Position numbers and translations under genes: made by a program
Shown: piece by piece, positions 49,989 to 60,195 of the stretch
Layout: each line of letters begins with the position of its first letter
How positions within the stretch are numbered: position 1 is the first letter of the stretch
Source: an uncultured archaeon
GTDB taxonomy: Archaea; Asgardarchaeota; Lokiarchaeia; Sigyniarchaeales; SOKP01
Direction: 5' to 3'
DNA: 64,000 bases
Assembly: GCA_964508365.1 (NCBI GenBank)
Contig: CAZDTP010000002.1
Coordinates: 32,001-96,000, forward strand
The notes under the pieces: generated by a model
Databases searched by the model: none
Seen by the model: only the letters and a program-made list of their open reading frames with translations
What the model was told of the DNA's origin: nothing

Positions 49989-51225
49989 CATTAGGTAATT
50001 GTTGTATAAACTCTTTTACTAATTCAACACGTACTTTCCTATCTGCTTTATTGTACCGTAAAGGATAAAGTTGATCAATTGTAAATTTGTAAAGTTTAAT
50101 CCATGTTTTTGCGATCTCGCTTACTCTATAATTTTGAGCAATTTCTTGGGCATTTTTTCCAAATTCAGCCCTAAGATCATCATTTTTTAACAATTCAACA
50201 ACATAATCTTTAAACTGACTAAGGTTGTTAGCTAAATAACCAGTTTTACCGTGTCGAATTATATTACTGATTCCACATGCATTAGCTCCAACATTTGGGG
50301 TTCCTTGAGCCATTGCTTCAAGCAATACAAGTCCTTCAGCTTCAATCCACGACCATAAACACGTTAAATCCGCAGTATTATATAACTTTAGTAAATCGGG
50401 AAAAGGAACGCTTCCAGCATAAGATACGAAATCTTTGTACTGTTTCTTTTTAATTATTTTTTTTACTTGGTCCTTTGAGGGTCCAGCACTTCCAACTAAT
50501 AAAAGATGAGCATCAGGGACTTCTTGATGAACTCTTTTAAAGGTTTTAATAATTTCTATGGGATGTTTTTCAGGAGATAATCGTGATGCATATAAAAGGA
50601 CTTTCTTTCCTTCTAAACCATATTTCTCACGAATTCCATTTTCTTTTAAATTTGTGTAATACGAGTCGCGAATTCCGTTGGTCATGCATACTATCGGTTC
50701 CTTGAACCTATAGTCTCGTAGTAAATCTTTTTTGGATTTTGTAGCAACATGAACAAAATCATACTTATCTACAATGTGGCGTTCATATCTCCAGATCAGG
50801 TCGCCTTTTGTTAATAACTTACCAATTATGGGAACATACTGAGCAGTATAGTATTGCATGGGGCTATTGTGAGTACCTATCATTGGAATACCTAGATACT
50901 TAGCCCAATTTATAGCCATTGATCCTACAGTTGCATGTGTATGAATATGGACTAAATCTAAATAGTCATGTTGACAGAAAAAGATTTTATGGATGGGAGC
51001 ACTTAGGACAAAACCGGTATTTTGGCCAATAATAGCTCCTCCAAGTTCGTGAAAATGTAATGTTTTCGGTATTTTATAACCATTTTGAATTCTTGGTGCA
51101 AAGACATGGACATTGTGTCCAAGATTTGCAATTGCTTCAGATAAAAATCTTACAGCGTGAGCGGTCCCGTTGATTTGGCTATACATTGTGCTGAAAAATC
51201 CGATATCTAGAACATTTTTAGCCAC
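49978..51225 (-). CDS. Glycosyltransferase family 4 (GT-B)
   Basis: SRLSPEK, EAEGLVLLEAMAQGTP, I.HG.TG. Confidence 0.92.
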   Translation of the reverse strand: MAKNVLDIGFFSTMYSQINGTAHAVRFLSEAIANLGHNVHVFAPRIQNGYKIPKTLHFHELGGAIIGQNTGFVLSAPIHKIFFCQHDYLDLVHIHTHATVGSMAINWAKYLGIPMIGTHNSPMQYYTAQYVPIIGKLLTKGDLIWRYERHIVDKYDFVHVATKSKKDLLRDYRFKEPIVCMTNGIRDSYYTNLKENGIREKYGLEGKKVLLYASRLSPEKHPIEIIKTFKRVHQEVPDAHLLLVGSAGPSKDQVKKIIKKKQYKDFVSYAGSVPFPDLLKLYNTADLTCLWSWIEAEGLVLLEAMAQGTPNVGANACGISNIIRHGKTGYLANNLSQFKDYVVELLKNDDLRAEFGKNAQEIAQNYRVSEIAKTWIKLYKFTIDQLYPLRYNKADRKVRVELVKEFIQQLPNATF

Positions 51226-51487
51226 TACGGTAGACCCCTAAAAAATATTATTAATACTATTACTTATATATAAACATCTATCTAGGTTTTTAAACTGTTT
51301 CTTTTATTAAAAATTTTACAGTTTCTTAATAAATTCGTTAAATCCGTTAGGTTTATATACGGTATTTTTTAATTGAAATTATTTTTTTAAATATTATAGT
51401 CATATCCAGAGGAATTATTGCTATTCAGTAATTTTTAATCATGGTTAATATCGATATAAAATTTGTTTAAGTAGGTGAGTAAAAACT

Positions 51488-51970
51488 ATGCAGAAATATC
51501 ATATGCAAAAAAAGGAAAGGGAAATTTTAGATAAAATAATCTTATCGGAAATTATGAAAAACGGTAAGTTTTCAACAATTTCTATGTGTAGAAACGACGA
51601 ACCATATATAGCAACGTTAAGTTATGGTTTTGATGAGATAAATAATTGCTTGTACTTTCATAGTGCTCAAAAGGGATTAAAACTAGAATATTTAAAGGAA
51701 AATCAAAAAGTATGTGGTACAATACTAGAAGATTTAGGCTATATTAAGAGTGATTGCTCTCATAAATACCGCTCCATTGTTTTTTGGGGAGACATGACTA
51801 TTGTAGAAAACTTGGATGAAAAAAAGCATGCGTTTGATATATTGTTAAACCAATTAGAAGATAATCCAAGTAAAGTAAAGAAAAGATTCTTTAAAAGTGA
51901 AGAATCCTATAAAAACACTTGCATACTAAAATTAGATATCAATTTAATTACAGGAAAGGCTTCTGAATAG
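51488..51970 (+). CDS. Pyridoxamine 5'-phosphate oxidase-like flavin-binding protein (NimA family)
   Basis: KKEREI, PY...LSYG, LYFHSA.KG.K, YRSIV..G, TGK. Confidence 0.88.
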   Translation: MQKYHMQKKEREILDKIILSEIMKNGKFSTISMCRNDEPYIATLSYGFDEINNCLYFHSAQKGLKLEYLKENQKVCGTILEDLGYIKSDCSHKYRSIVFWGDMTIVENLDEKKHAFDILLNQLEDNPSKVKKRFFKSEESYKNTCILKLDINLITGKASE

Positions 51971-52042
51971 TAGTAGTAAAATAAATGTAAGAAATCTTTC
52001 TAAAATCAAAAATTTTTTTTTGTTTGTTTGATAATTATAAAT

Positions 52043-52222
52043 ATGGATGCTTTAGAAGAAAAAAGAATTGTTGAAGAAATTCTAGAAAACAGAAGATTAC
52101 CATATTCGATCGAATTATTAGAAGTTGATGATAATAAATATACGGTTCGTAATAATTTTGGCTCAACAGTTGTGTATTATTTGCGAAATTCTGAATATTT
52201 TTTAGAAGAGGAATTAGATTAA
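52043..52222 (+). CDS. Small acidic hypothetical protein
   Basis: MDALEEKRIVEEILENRRLPYS... with ATG at 52043 (track starts at TTG 52028). Confidence 0.65.
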   Translation: MDALEEKRIVEEILENRRLPYSIELLEVDDNKYTVRNNFGSTVVYYLRNSEYFLEEELD

Positions 52223-52499
52223 TACTTTGTATGATTTAATACCATTTTTTAATGGCCCTTTTCTATATAAGTTGATTTTTCCTATTTATATTTTAAGTAC
52301 CACAATTTCGTCCAAAGTCTTAAAAGGCGTTTAAATATAATAGTAAATTAAGAGTCCTTATTGTTTTTAATAGAGAGAAATTAAGTAATTAATAGAGATA
52401 AAAGACCATCTTAAAGACTATTATAATTCTATATACATAAAATTATAAGATTGCTATTTTTTTACTTTAACAGAGATAGAATAAATTACTCATTATTCG

Positions 52500-53693
52500 T
52501 TGGTAATGTTTATGGCAAAAAGAAAACTTAAATCTAAAGGATCTGAAGAGAAGTCCACTGAACAATTCCGCGCGGTTATTGACAATTTGACTACTCTTTC
52601 TATGTATAACGAGAAAAGGAGAGCAGTCTGTATCGTTCGGAAGAATTTAGCGAAAGACTATGATATTGAAGTAGATGCATCTGAAGCACCAGTACTAAAC
52701 AAACTTTCGGAGAATCCCCAACCATTTGAAAGTTCTATGGCTAATCTTAATATATTGGAAGAAGAAGTATTTCCACTAATTGATGCGTTTAAAACTGTTT
52801 TTGGAGAAGAGAAAGAGTTAAAGCTACGCTCCATTAAATTGGCAGTAGGGGGAAGTAATACTGATTATGTTTCAATTAGAGAAAACGATTTAATAAAATA
52901 CGATGTTAAACCAACTTTAACCGGTTTAAAACATTTTATCATAGAAAATAATGACAGTATCTTAGGCTTTTTAGATAGTGAATATGTGAGTGAAGAAGGA
53001 AATGTGATTTACTTAAAGTGTGAAAAGAGAGATGTATCCGACGATATTTATTCTATTAAAATCAAAATTCTCGCGTCTATGCAACAACGGGGTTATTTCC
53101 TCCAACAAGAACATAAATATTACGGTTTGCAGTTATTTATAATAATAGAAGCAAGAAAACCAAACAGCAATAAATTACTTGAATTTTTAAAAGAGCTCGG
53201 AATCGATTGGGAATTGATTTTTTTTAGAAGAAGACTAGCAATTCATGATTGGACTGAAATCGAGTGTCAAGCAAACCCAGATAATTTAAAAAGTTATTTA
53301 AGAGTTAAATATGATACTCTAAATTATTTTGACATCAATAACATGTTAAGATTAATAGTGCATAATGAATTACCTTTTAATGTTGCAGATAAAATGGGAT
53401 CTTTATTATATAAAATGAAATCTGAGAGGTCATTTCAGCTAAAAGAAAAGGAAAGTTATGATAGAACGAATTTCGAGGAATCTTTTCAAAACCGAAGTAC
53501 TATTCGTCGGGCAAACTATGAGGATCAAGTGCAGTCAGTAGATGAATATTCATTGACATTAAAAAAAGCGGAAATTGCTGCTGCTGCAAAAATTGCGTGC
53601 GCATATTTGGGAGTCCCCCAACAAATAGAATTTGACAAAGATATCTCTGATGCAGAGATATTAAAATATCAAGATGAATTAACTAATTTTTAA
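52500..53693 (+). CDS. Hypothetical soluble protein
   Basis: 397-aa uninterrupted ORF, no recognised family. Confidence 0.75.
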   Translation: MVMFMAKRKLKSKGSEEKSTEQFRAVIDNLTTLSMYNEKRRAVCIVRKNLAKDYDIEVDASEAPVLNKLSENPQPFESSMANLNILEEEVFPLIDAFKTVFGEEKELKLRSIKLAVGGSNTDYVSIRENDLIKYDVKPTLTGLKHFIIENNDSILGFLDSEYVSEEGNVIYLKCEKRDVSDDIYSIKIKILASMQQRGYFLQQEHKYYGLQLFIIIEARKPNSNKLLEFLKELGIDWELIFFRRRLAIHDWTEIECQANPDNLKSYLRVKYDTLNYFDINNMLRLIVHNELPFNVADKMGSLLYKMKSERSFQLKEKESYDRTNFEESFQNRSTIRRANYEDQVQSVDEYSLTLKKAEIAAAAKIACAYLGVPQQIEFDKDISDAEILKYQDELTNF

Positions 53694-53754
53694 ATTTTAG
53701 TGTGAGTCCAAATAATATTAAAAGAAATTAGAAGAAATTTTGACAAAGCAAATT

Positions 53755-54762
53755 CTATTTTAATTTATATGACTCCTTTAATAATTTATGGTTAATTTCG
53801 CCAAAAGTAGCACTCTTTCCAGTTTTTATATTTGTTATAGTGTAAGTTGCCGGAGCAAATAAACCAGGATCAATTGCGTAGAAATCGTAATTAACTGCTT
53901 TAAATGTCTCAAAAAATGGTCTTCCATAGCTATTTGAGGTATTAGCAGGAGCCTTTTTCAATAATTCGAATAACTCGTCTTGTTCTTCTTTTTCAACTTC
54001 TATAGTATAATATGTCATACCCGCAGCTATGATGGAATCATTAGTTCGTCCCATGGCTCCAAGATCGTTTTTAGCAATTGGGGCAATCGTTGTCGTTCCA
54101 AATCCATCCTTAATAACACCAAGAGGAAATTTTAATTCGTGTAATTTATGTATTCCCGTTTCGACAATTCTCGCAGCTACTTGTATAGAACCGGTTAAAC
54201 ACGCTGTTGGTGCACAAAGAGCATATGTTTTATCTGATGCAACTCTGCATTTTTCGGCTACAAAAGCCATTACTTCTTCAGTTGGTAGTTTTGGAGTTTC
54301 AAAGAAGATGATAGCACAATCAGATTTATCATCATATTCAATTTCATCAAATAATTTCTCATTTTTACTTTTTGCTCGAGCTGGTCCTGATCCTAAAGAT
54401 TCAAAGACTTTTTTTTTTTTAACTTCTCCGTCCTTTTCAACTTCTTTTTTTAATTTTACATTCCATCCAGCTAATTGTGATGCCATACAAGATATTATAG
54501 GTTGTGATGTATGAACATTAACACTAGGGATAAAATGTTCGTCTAGTTTATAAGATGCGAAATCAACCGTTCCTAATCCGCCCATACAAATTTCTCCAAC
54601 CAGTTTTCCTCCATTCCAAGATGCATTTGTCATATCTATGACGGTTGCTCCATTATCATATTGAATTATTTCTGTTTTATAATAGTCTTTATTCTCTACT
54701 ATTTGATTAACAAGTATTAAAGCTAACTCGTTTATTTTAATATGTTGTGTCATATTTTTCAC
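53755..54762 (-). CDS. mch: Methenyltetrahydromethanopterin cyclohydrolase
   Basis: EICMGGLG, CMASQLAGW, GSGPARA, APTA...GSIQVAAR.VETG.HK, MGRTND, FY.IDPGLFAPA. Confidence 0.96.
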   Translation of the reverse strand: MKNMTQHIKINELALILVNQIVENKDYYKTEIIQYDNGATVIDMTNASWNGGKLVGEICMGGLGTVDFASYKLDEHFIPSVNVHTSQPIISCMASQLAGWNVKLKKEVEKDGEVKKKKVFESLGSGPARAKSKNEKLFDEIEYDDKSDCAIIFFETPKLPTEEVMAFVAEKCRVASDKTYALCAPTACLTGSIQVAARIVETGIHKLHELKFPLGVIKDGFGTTTIAPIAKNDLGAMGRTNDSIIAAGMTYYTIEVEKEEQDELFELLKKAPANTSNSYGRPFFETFKAVNYDFYAIDPGLFAPATYTITNIKTGKSATFGEINHKLLKESYKLK

Positions 54763-54846
54763 TTATTTTTTTTTTTGATTGAGTATTTATTATTAAAATC
54801 TTATTTCTATATATTAAATTAAGTTTATTTTAAAATTTTATAAAAA

Positions 54847-56364
54847 ATGAATAAAATAACAAAAAACCTTGAGTTATTAAATTCCGATCTTAAAAAGACT
54901 AAAGATTGGTTTATAGACCATCTAAAAAAATCAGAATCAACGGTACATATTTATACCCATCTTGATGCAGATGGGCTATCGGCTGGAGCAATTCTCGGGA
55001 AAGCTTTATACAGAGAAAAGATTCCATTTCAAATAACCGTTTTAAGGCAGTTGGAAAGAGAAGAGATAATAAAAATAGCAGAAAATTCTAAAGATAGCAA
55101 GAAATTCTTAATCTTTGCTGATTTTGGAAGTGGTCAGTATTTAGAACTCACTGAAAAACTGAATAGTCTCAATAATAATATTCCATTTATTATATTTGAT
55201 CACCATTTACCTCAAAATGTCTCGGAAAAAAACGATAGTAAAATTAAAGAAATTTACTCTAATTCAAGACCTTGGCATATCAACTCTTATTTTTACGAAG
55301 TTGACGGTAGTGGTGAAATTTCAGGGGCGGGGCTTTGTTATTTTTTTGTAAAAATTATAAATCAGAAAAATTTCGATTTATCTCCTATTGCACTTGTAGG
55401 AGCAACGGGAGATATTCAAAGTCGAGGCCCTAATAATTCCTTTACTGGATTAAATACTGTAATTTTAGAACATGCCACCAAAGCAGATTTAATTGAAGTG
55501 AACAACGATTTAAATTTTTCACCGATTAAACCCTTAAATGAAGCAATCTCATATTCAACTGAGATTAATCTTCCGGGATTAAGTGATAATACAAGTAAAA
55601 TGTTAAAATTCTTAAAATCATTAGGAATTTTAATGGAAAATTCGCAAGGAGACATAAGAACACTGAACGACCTTAATCAAGAGGAAAAACAAAAAGTTTC
55701 TTCTGCAATTATAGAGTATATGTCTCTCAAGTTAAATATTGAGCCTTCTGAAATTATAGAGAAACTTATCGTAAATAGATATATTTTAAAGAATGAAATT
55801 GTGGGATCGGAATTACATGATTTAAATGATTTCGCATATCTATTGAATTCATGTGGAAGGAGTGATAACGCATCGTTAGGAATTGCTATAGCAATGGGTG
55901 ATAGAAGAATTGCTTATAATAGAGCGAAAGATAATTTGTTAAATTATAAGAAATCTTTAGTTCAAGCGTTATCGTGGTTAAAGGATGAGAATAAGATTCA
56001 ATACAAGAACAATATCCAATATTTTTTTGGCGAAAATATTATCCCTGAAAACATTGTGGGTACAATTGCTTCCATGTTAATATTTAGTAAAAGTGGTATT
56101 ATTGACATAAACAAACCAATTTTTGGGTGTGCAAAAAGAAAGGACGAGGAAGTGTTCAAAATATCGGGGAGAGCTCACGAAAGTATTGTAAAAAAGGGTG
56201 TAAATCTTTCTGAAGCAATTAGGGAAGCTTTAGAACTTTCAAATTTAGAAGCTTTAGGCGGTGGACATCCCCCAGCAGCAGGTACGAAAGTACCAATAAA
56301 CAAAATAGAAGTTTTTTTAGAAAATTGTGACAACATAATTGAAAAACAAATGCGAGAGAATTAG
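54847..56364 (+). CDS. DHH/DHHA1 phosphoesterase, archaeal RecJ/Cdc45-like (GAN/HAN)
   Basis: HLDADG, ADFGSG, DHH, GATGD, LLNSCGR, GGGHPPAAG. Confidence 0.9.
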   Translation: MNKITKNLELLNSDLKKTKDWFIDHLKKSESTVHIYTHLDADGLSAGAILGKALYREKIPFQITVLRQLEREEIIKIAENSKDSKKFLIFADFGSGQYLELTEKLNSLNNNIPFIIFDHHLPQNVSEKNDSKIKEIYSNSRPWHINSYFYEVDGSGEISGAGLCYFFVKIINQKNFDLSPIALVGATGDIQSRGPNNSFTGLNTVILEHATKADLIEVNNDLNFSPIKPLNEAISYSTEINLPGLSDNTSKMLKFLKSLGILMENSQGDIRTLNDLNQEEKQKVSSAIIEYMSLKLNIEPSEIIEKLIVNRYILKNEIVGSELHDLNDFAYLLNSCGRSDNASLGIAIAMGDRRIAYNRAKDNLLNYKKSLVQALSWLKDENKIQYKNNIQYFFGENIIPENIVGTIASMLIFSKSGIIDINKPIFGCAKRKDEEVFKISGRAHESIVKKGVNLSEAIREALELSNLEALGGGHPPAAGTKVPINKIEVFLENCDNIIEKQMREN

Positions 56365-56388
56365 AAATTTAATTTAAAATATTACTTT

Positions 56389-57693
56389 CTATAATAAATA
56401 ACTTTCACCTATCTCTGGTGCTACAGAATTATAATTTTCTCTTGATAATTTGTGAGCAAATGAGGTAGTTGATTTCTCATCTCCATGTACGCAAAAAATA
56501 AAATTTGAATTATTGTGAAATTTAACTTCATTAATATAATCGTTTAGGTGGACTTTATCTGCGTGACTTGAGAAGTCAAAGTAATCTATTTTACACTTTG
56601 CTTTAATTAGCATATCTCGGGATTCATAAGTTTTTCTGCTTTTTTCTTTAAATTCAAAAATTTTTTCATCAACTAATTTTCTACCAGGTGTCCCCTCAAC
56701 TTGATACCCGACTAGAAAAACTGCAGAATTTGGATCCTCTAAAAAAGTTGGGATGTAATCTATAGCAGCTCCACCTTTTAACATACCTGACGGAGATATA
56801 ATCAAAGCTCGCGACTTTCCTCCCATTTTCTTTCTCTTTTCTTTAGAAACTAATTGAGCCTTTTTCGCTGCTGACTTAAGACGAGGAAAATTCCGGAAAG
56901 ATTCAGGAAATTGAGAATACTCAGTTAAAATTTTCCTAGCTAACCCGTCGACATAAATGTCATTTTTATAATTGTACTTTTCTAAAACAAGTAAAATTTC
57001 CTGTGATCGAGCAACCCCAAAAGCAGGAATTAGAACATTTCCACCATTCTCTATAGTGTTTAAAGTATCTTCAATGAATCTTTTTTCTAGTTCTTCTCTC
57101 AAGGGATGTTCTCTATCAGAATATGTGGATTCTATAATTAGAGCATCTATTTCGGGTAATTCGTGAGGGTTAGCTGGATAAACTAGGTTTGTTTCTTGGG
57201 TGTTAATGTCGCCAGTATATAGAATTTTCTTCTTATCGACTTCAACTAGTATAGAAACGCTTCCAGGGATATGTCCTGCGTTAAAAAAAGTAAGATAAAA
57301 TTCATGGTCTATTTTTTGGCGTACTCCATTTTTTAAAAATAAAGTATTTTTTCTAGTTTTTTTAAGCTCTCTGTATCCGAAAGGGTAGGGATAATTGGAA
57401 ATTTTAATCATATCTTCAAGTAAAATTTCTGAAATTCTTAGCGTTAATGGATTGGTGAAAAGCGGGATGTCGCGATCTTTAAATAAAAAGGGCAATCCTC
57501 CAGAATGGTCTACATGACAGTGAGAAAGAGCAATTGCTTTAAGATTATGAATATCAGCTTTAAATGGTAAGCGTTCTTCCCCAGTAAATCTAATACCATA
57601 ATCTAAAATGCATTGTACGCCACTTTTTGATTCAACTAATATTGCTGAGCGCCCAACTTCTCTACAGCTCCCTAAAAAAGAAATTTTTGCCAC
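56389..57693 (-). CDS. MBL-fold beta-CASP ribonuclease (aCPSF-like, no KH domains)
   Basis: EVGRS, HCHVDH, AGHIPGS, ESTY, P.FGVAR.QE, FSSHAD, VHGD. Confidence 0.92.
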   Translation of the reverse strand: MAKISFLGSCREVGRSAILVESKSGVQCILDYGIRFTGEERLPFKADIHNLKAIALSHCHVDHSGGLPFLFKDRDIPLFTNPLTLRISEILLEDMIKISNYPYPFGYRELKKTRKNTLFLKNGVRQKIDHEFYLTFFNAGHIPGSVSILVEVDKKKILYTGDINTQETNLVYPANPHELPEIDALIIESTYSDREHPLREELEKRFIEDTLNTIENGGNVLIPAFGVARSQEILLVLEKYNYKNDIYVDGLARKILTEYSQFPESFRNFPRLKSAAKKAQLVSKEKRKKMGGKSRALIISPSGMLKGGAAIDYIPTFLEDPNSAVFLVGYQVEGTPGRKLVDEKIFEFKEKSRKTYESRDMLIKAKCKIDYFDFSSHADKVHLNDYINEVKFHNNSNFIFCVHGDEKSTTSFAHKLSRENYNSVAPEIGESYLL

Positions 57694-57815
57694 GTTAAAA
57701 AAACTCTATTAATTTTAAATAAATATCAAAAAACTTTTTACTTAGTTAAAACAATCCAAAAATATCAAGTTTTTTATTTAGTTAAATTAAAACATAAAAA
57801 AATAGGATTCAAATT

Positions 57816-58679
57816 ATGAAATTTGAAGGTAAAGCTGAAATTGGAATAATTGGGGGAACAGGATCAGATATAAAACTTGAAAATGTTGAAGATCTAAAAA
57901 TATACACACCGTACGGTCACACTTCTGATTTTATTCAAGTTGGTGAGTTTAAAGGTAAAAAGGTTGCATACATCTCCCGACATGGTAAAGGTCATACAAT
58001 ACCTCCACACAATGTAAATTCTAGATCGAATATTTGGGCATTGAAAGAATTGGGAGTTAAAGGTATTATTTCACCCTCAGCTGTTGGATCTTTAAAAAAG
58101 GAACATGGTAAACGAAAATTTATCATGGTTGATCAATACATTGATAGAACAAAAAAGAGGTTAGATACTTTTTATGAGGGTGGACAAGTGTGTCATATTA
58201 ACCAAGCGGATCCATATTGTAGCTATCTTAATGATCTCTTTTTCGAAACTGGAAAAAGTATTGAAGGATTAGATATTCAAAATGGTGGTACATATGTTTG
58301 TATTGAAGGGCCTCGATTTTCGACAAGAGCCGAATCTAAAATGTTTAGACAATGGGGAGGAGATATCATAGGAATGACAACTTACCCTGAAGTAGTCCTC
58401 GCAGCTGAAAAGGAGATTTTTTACTGTTGTATTGCCATGGTAACTGACTTAGATGTGTGGGCAGGGGAATGCCAGAACTGTGGAGTTGTAGAGATTAAAG
58501 AATATTGTGAGACCTGTGGAGGGCCCGTAAAGAAACTAGCGGTGAGTATAGAAGAAATTTTAGATACAATGGAGAAAAACTCGACAAACTTAATGAAAAT
58601 GTTAGAACTAACAATTCCTAAAATAGATTTTGAAAAGGAGTGCACATGTAAGCATTCCCTATCAGGATCAATAATTTAA
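57816..58679 (+). CDS. mtnP: S-methyl-5'-thioadenosine phosphorylase with Zn-ribbon insertion
   Basis: GIIGGTG, TPYG, RHG.GH..PPH, EGPRFSTRAES, GMT..PE, VTDLD, C-terminal CTC. Confidence 0.93.
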   Translation: MKFEGKAEIGIIGGTGSDIKLENVEDLKIYTPYGHTSDFIQVGEFKGKKVAYISRHGKGHTIPPHNVNSRSNIWALKELGVKGIISPSAVGSLKKEHGKRKFIMVDQYIDRTKKRLDTFYEGGQVCHINQADPYCSYLNDLFFETGKSIEGLDIQNGGTYVCIEGPRFSTRAESKMFRQWGGDIIGMTTYPEVVLAAEKEIFYCCIAMVTDLDVWAGECQNCGVVEIKEYCETCGGPVKKLAVSIEEILDTMEKNSTNLMKMLELTIPKIDFEKECTCKHSLSGSII

Positions 58680-58758
58680 TAAGGCAACATCACTCAACCT
58701 ATATTTTTTTATTAATATTATTTATATTACTAATTTCGACATTGTTTTTCAATTGTAA

Positions 58759-60195
58759 TTAATCGTGTAAAATCGGATTTCTGGCAGCAATTACTGCGTC
58801 AAGGCGTCCTATAGGCGTATTAGAAGGCGCATTTTTTAGTTTTTCGGGCTCATTTAGCGCTTCGTTGTAAATTTGATACATTACTTCAACAAACTTGTCT
58901 AAAGAGTTTTTAGATTCTGTTTCTGTTGGCTCAATCATAAGGGCTCCATTTACTATTAGTGGAAAATATATTGTTGGAGCATAAAAACCATAATCTAGTA
59001 TCCGTTTTGCTATATCTTCAGTATTAATATCATTTGGTAAGTACTTATCAGATAGGACAAATTCGTGTTGACAAATCCGGTCGTATGGAAGAGCGTAATT
59101 TTTCTTAAGTAGAGTTTTCAGATAATTAGCATTTAATACCGCAATCTGTCCAACTCGTTTTAATCCATCAGCACCTAAAGAAAGGATATAAACAAAAGCC
59201 CTTAAAACTATTCCAAAATTACCCCAAAAAGCTTTAATTCTCCCTATTGAATCGTGGTTCTCATAATTACAGATTATTCCTTTATCTGTTGATACAATAC
59301 AAGGTATAGGAAGAAAAGGAATTAATTCGTTAGTAACTCCCACTGGTCCAGAACCAGGCCCACCACCCCCATGAGGCGTAGAAAATGTTTTGTGTAAGTT
59401 CAAATGAACTATGTCAAATCCCATGTCTTTAGGGCGACAAATCCCTAACATAGGATTCAAGTTTGCTCCATCATAATAACACAACCCACCGTGCTCATGA
59501 ACGATCCTCGTTATGTCTTTAATTTGCCTATCAAAAACACCTAAAGTATTCGGATTTGTAAGCATAATTCCCGCTACATCTCCTTGCTTCATCGCATATT
59601 CGAGATGATCCAGAGGAACTTCCCCATGTTCATTTGATTGTAATTCAATCATCGAAAATCCTGCCATTTTTGCAGACGCAGGATTAGTACCATGAGCCGA
59701 ATCGGGAACAATTATTTTATTTTTTACGATTCCTTTTGTCTCAAAAAATTTTTTTATAATTAATAATCCTACCAATTCTCCATGCGCTCCAGCCGCTGGT
59801 TGTAATGTAAAACCATCCATTCCTGTAATTTCACATAACATTTTTGAAATTTCATTCAATATTTCTAAAGCGCCTTCATTCTCATCTTGAAGTGGGTGTA
59901 ATTGTGAAAAACTAGTCATTCTTGCTACGACTTCATTGATTTTTGGGTTATATTTCATAGTGCATGAGCCTAATGGATAAATTCCAGAATCTACGCCATA
60001 ATTAATTTTACTCAATTTTACATAATGACGCACGATTTCCACTTCAGAAACATCAGGAATTCGTAGTTCGTCTCTAATAAGATTTTTGGGTAATATCTCA
60101 TCGATCCTTTTAGATTTAACATCTAGTTTGGGTATGAAATTTCGTTGAACAAGCCCATTCCCCTTATCAAATATTAAACACTCATCAGCATCCAT
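58759..60195 (-). CDS. gcvPB: Glycine dehydrogenase (decarboxylating) subunit 2
   Basis: PLGSCTMKYNP, QPAAGAHGE, SAHGTNPASA, HLNLHKTFSTPHGGGGPG. Confidence 0.97.
   Translation of the reverse strand: MDADECLIFDKGNGLVQRNFIPKLDVKSKRIDEILPKNLIRDELRIPDVSEVEIVRHYVKLSKINYGVDSGIYPLGSCTMKYNPKINEVVARMTSFSQLHPLQDENEGALEILNEISKMLCEITGMDGFTLQPAAGAHGELVGLLIIKKFFETKGIVKNKIIVPDSAHGTNPASAKMAGFSMIELQSNEHGEVPLDHLEYAMKQGDVAGIMLTNPNTLGVFDRQIKDITRIVHEHGGLCYYDGANLNPMLGICRPKDMGFDIVHLNLHKTFSTPHGGGGPGSGPVGVTNELIPFLPIPCIVSTDKGIICNYENHDSIGRIKAFWGNFGIVLRAFVYILSLGADGLKRVGQIAVLNANYLKTLLKKNYALPYDRICQHEFVLSDKYLPNDINTEDIAKRILDYGFYAPTIYFPLIVNGALMIEPTETESKNSLDKFVEVMYQIYNEALNEPEKLKNAPSNTPIGRLDAVIAARNPILHD

Noticed and set aside
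54409-54420. 12-nt T run (A12 on the coding strand) in mch as a phase-variation site
   Set aside because: It is in frame, encodes KKKK in a Lys-rich loop, and long A/T runs are common in this AT-rich sequence.
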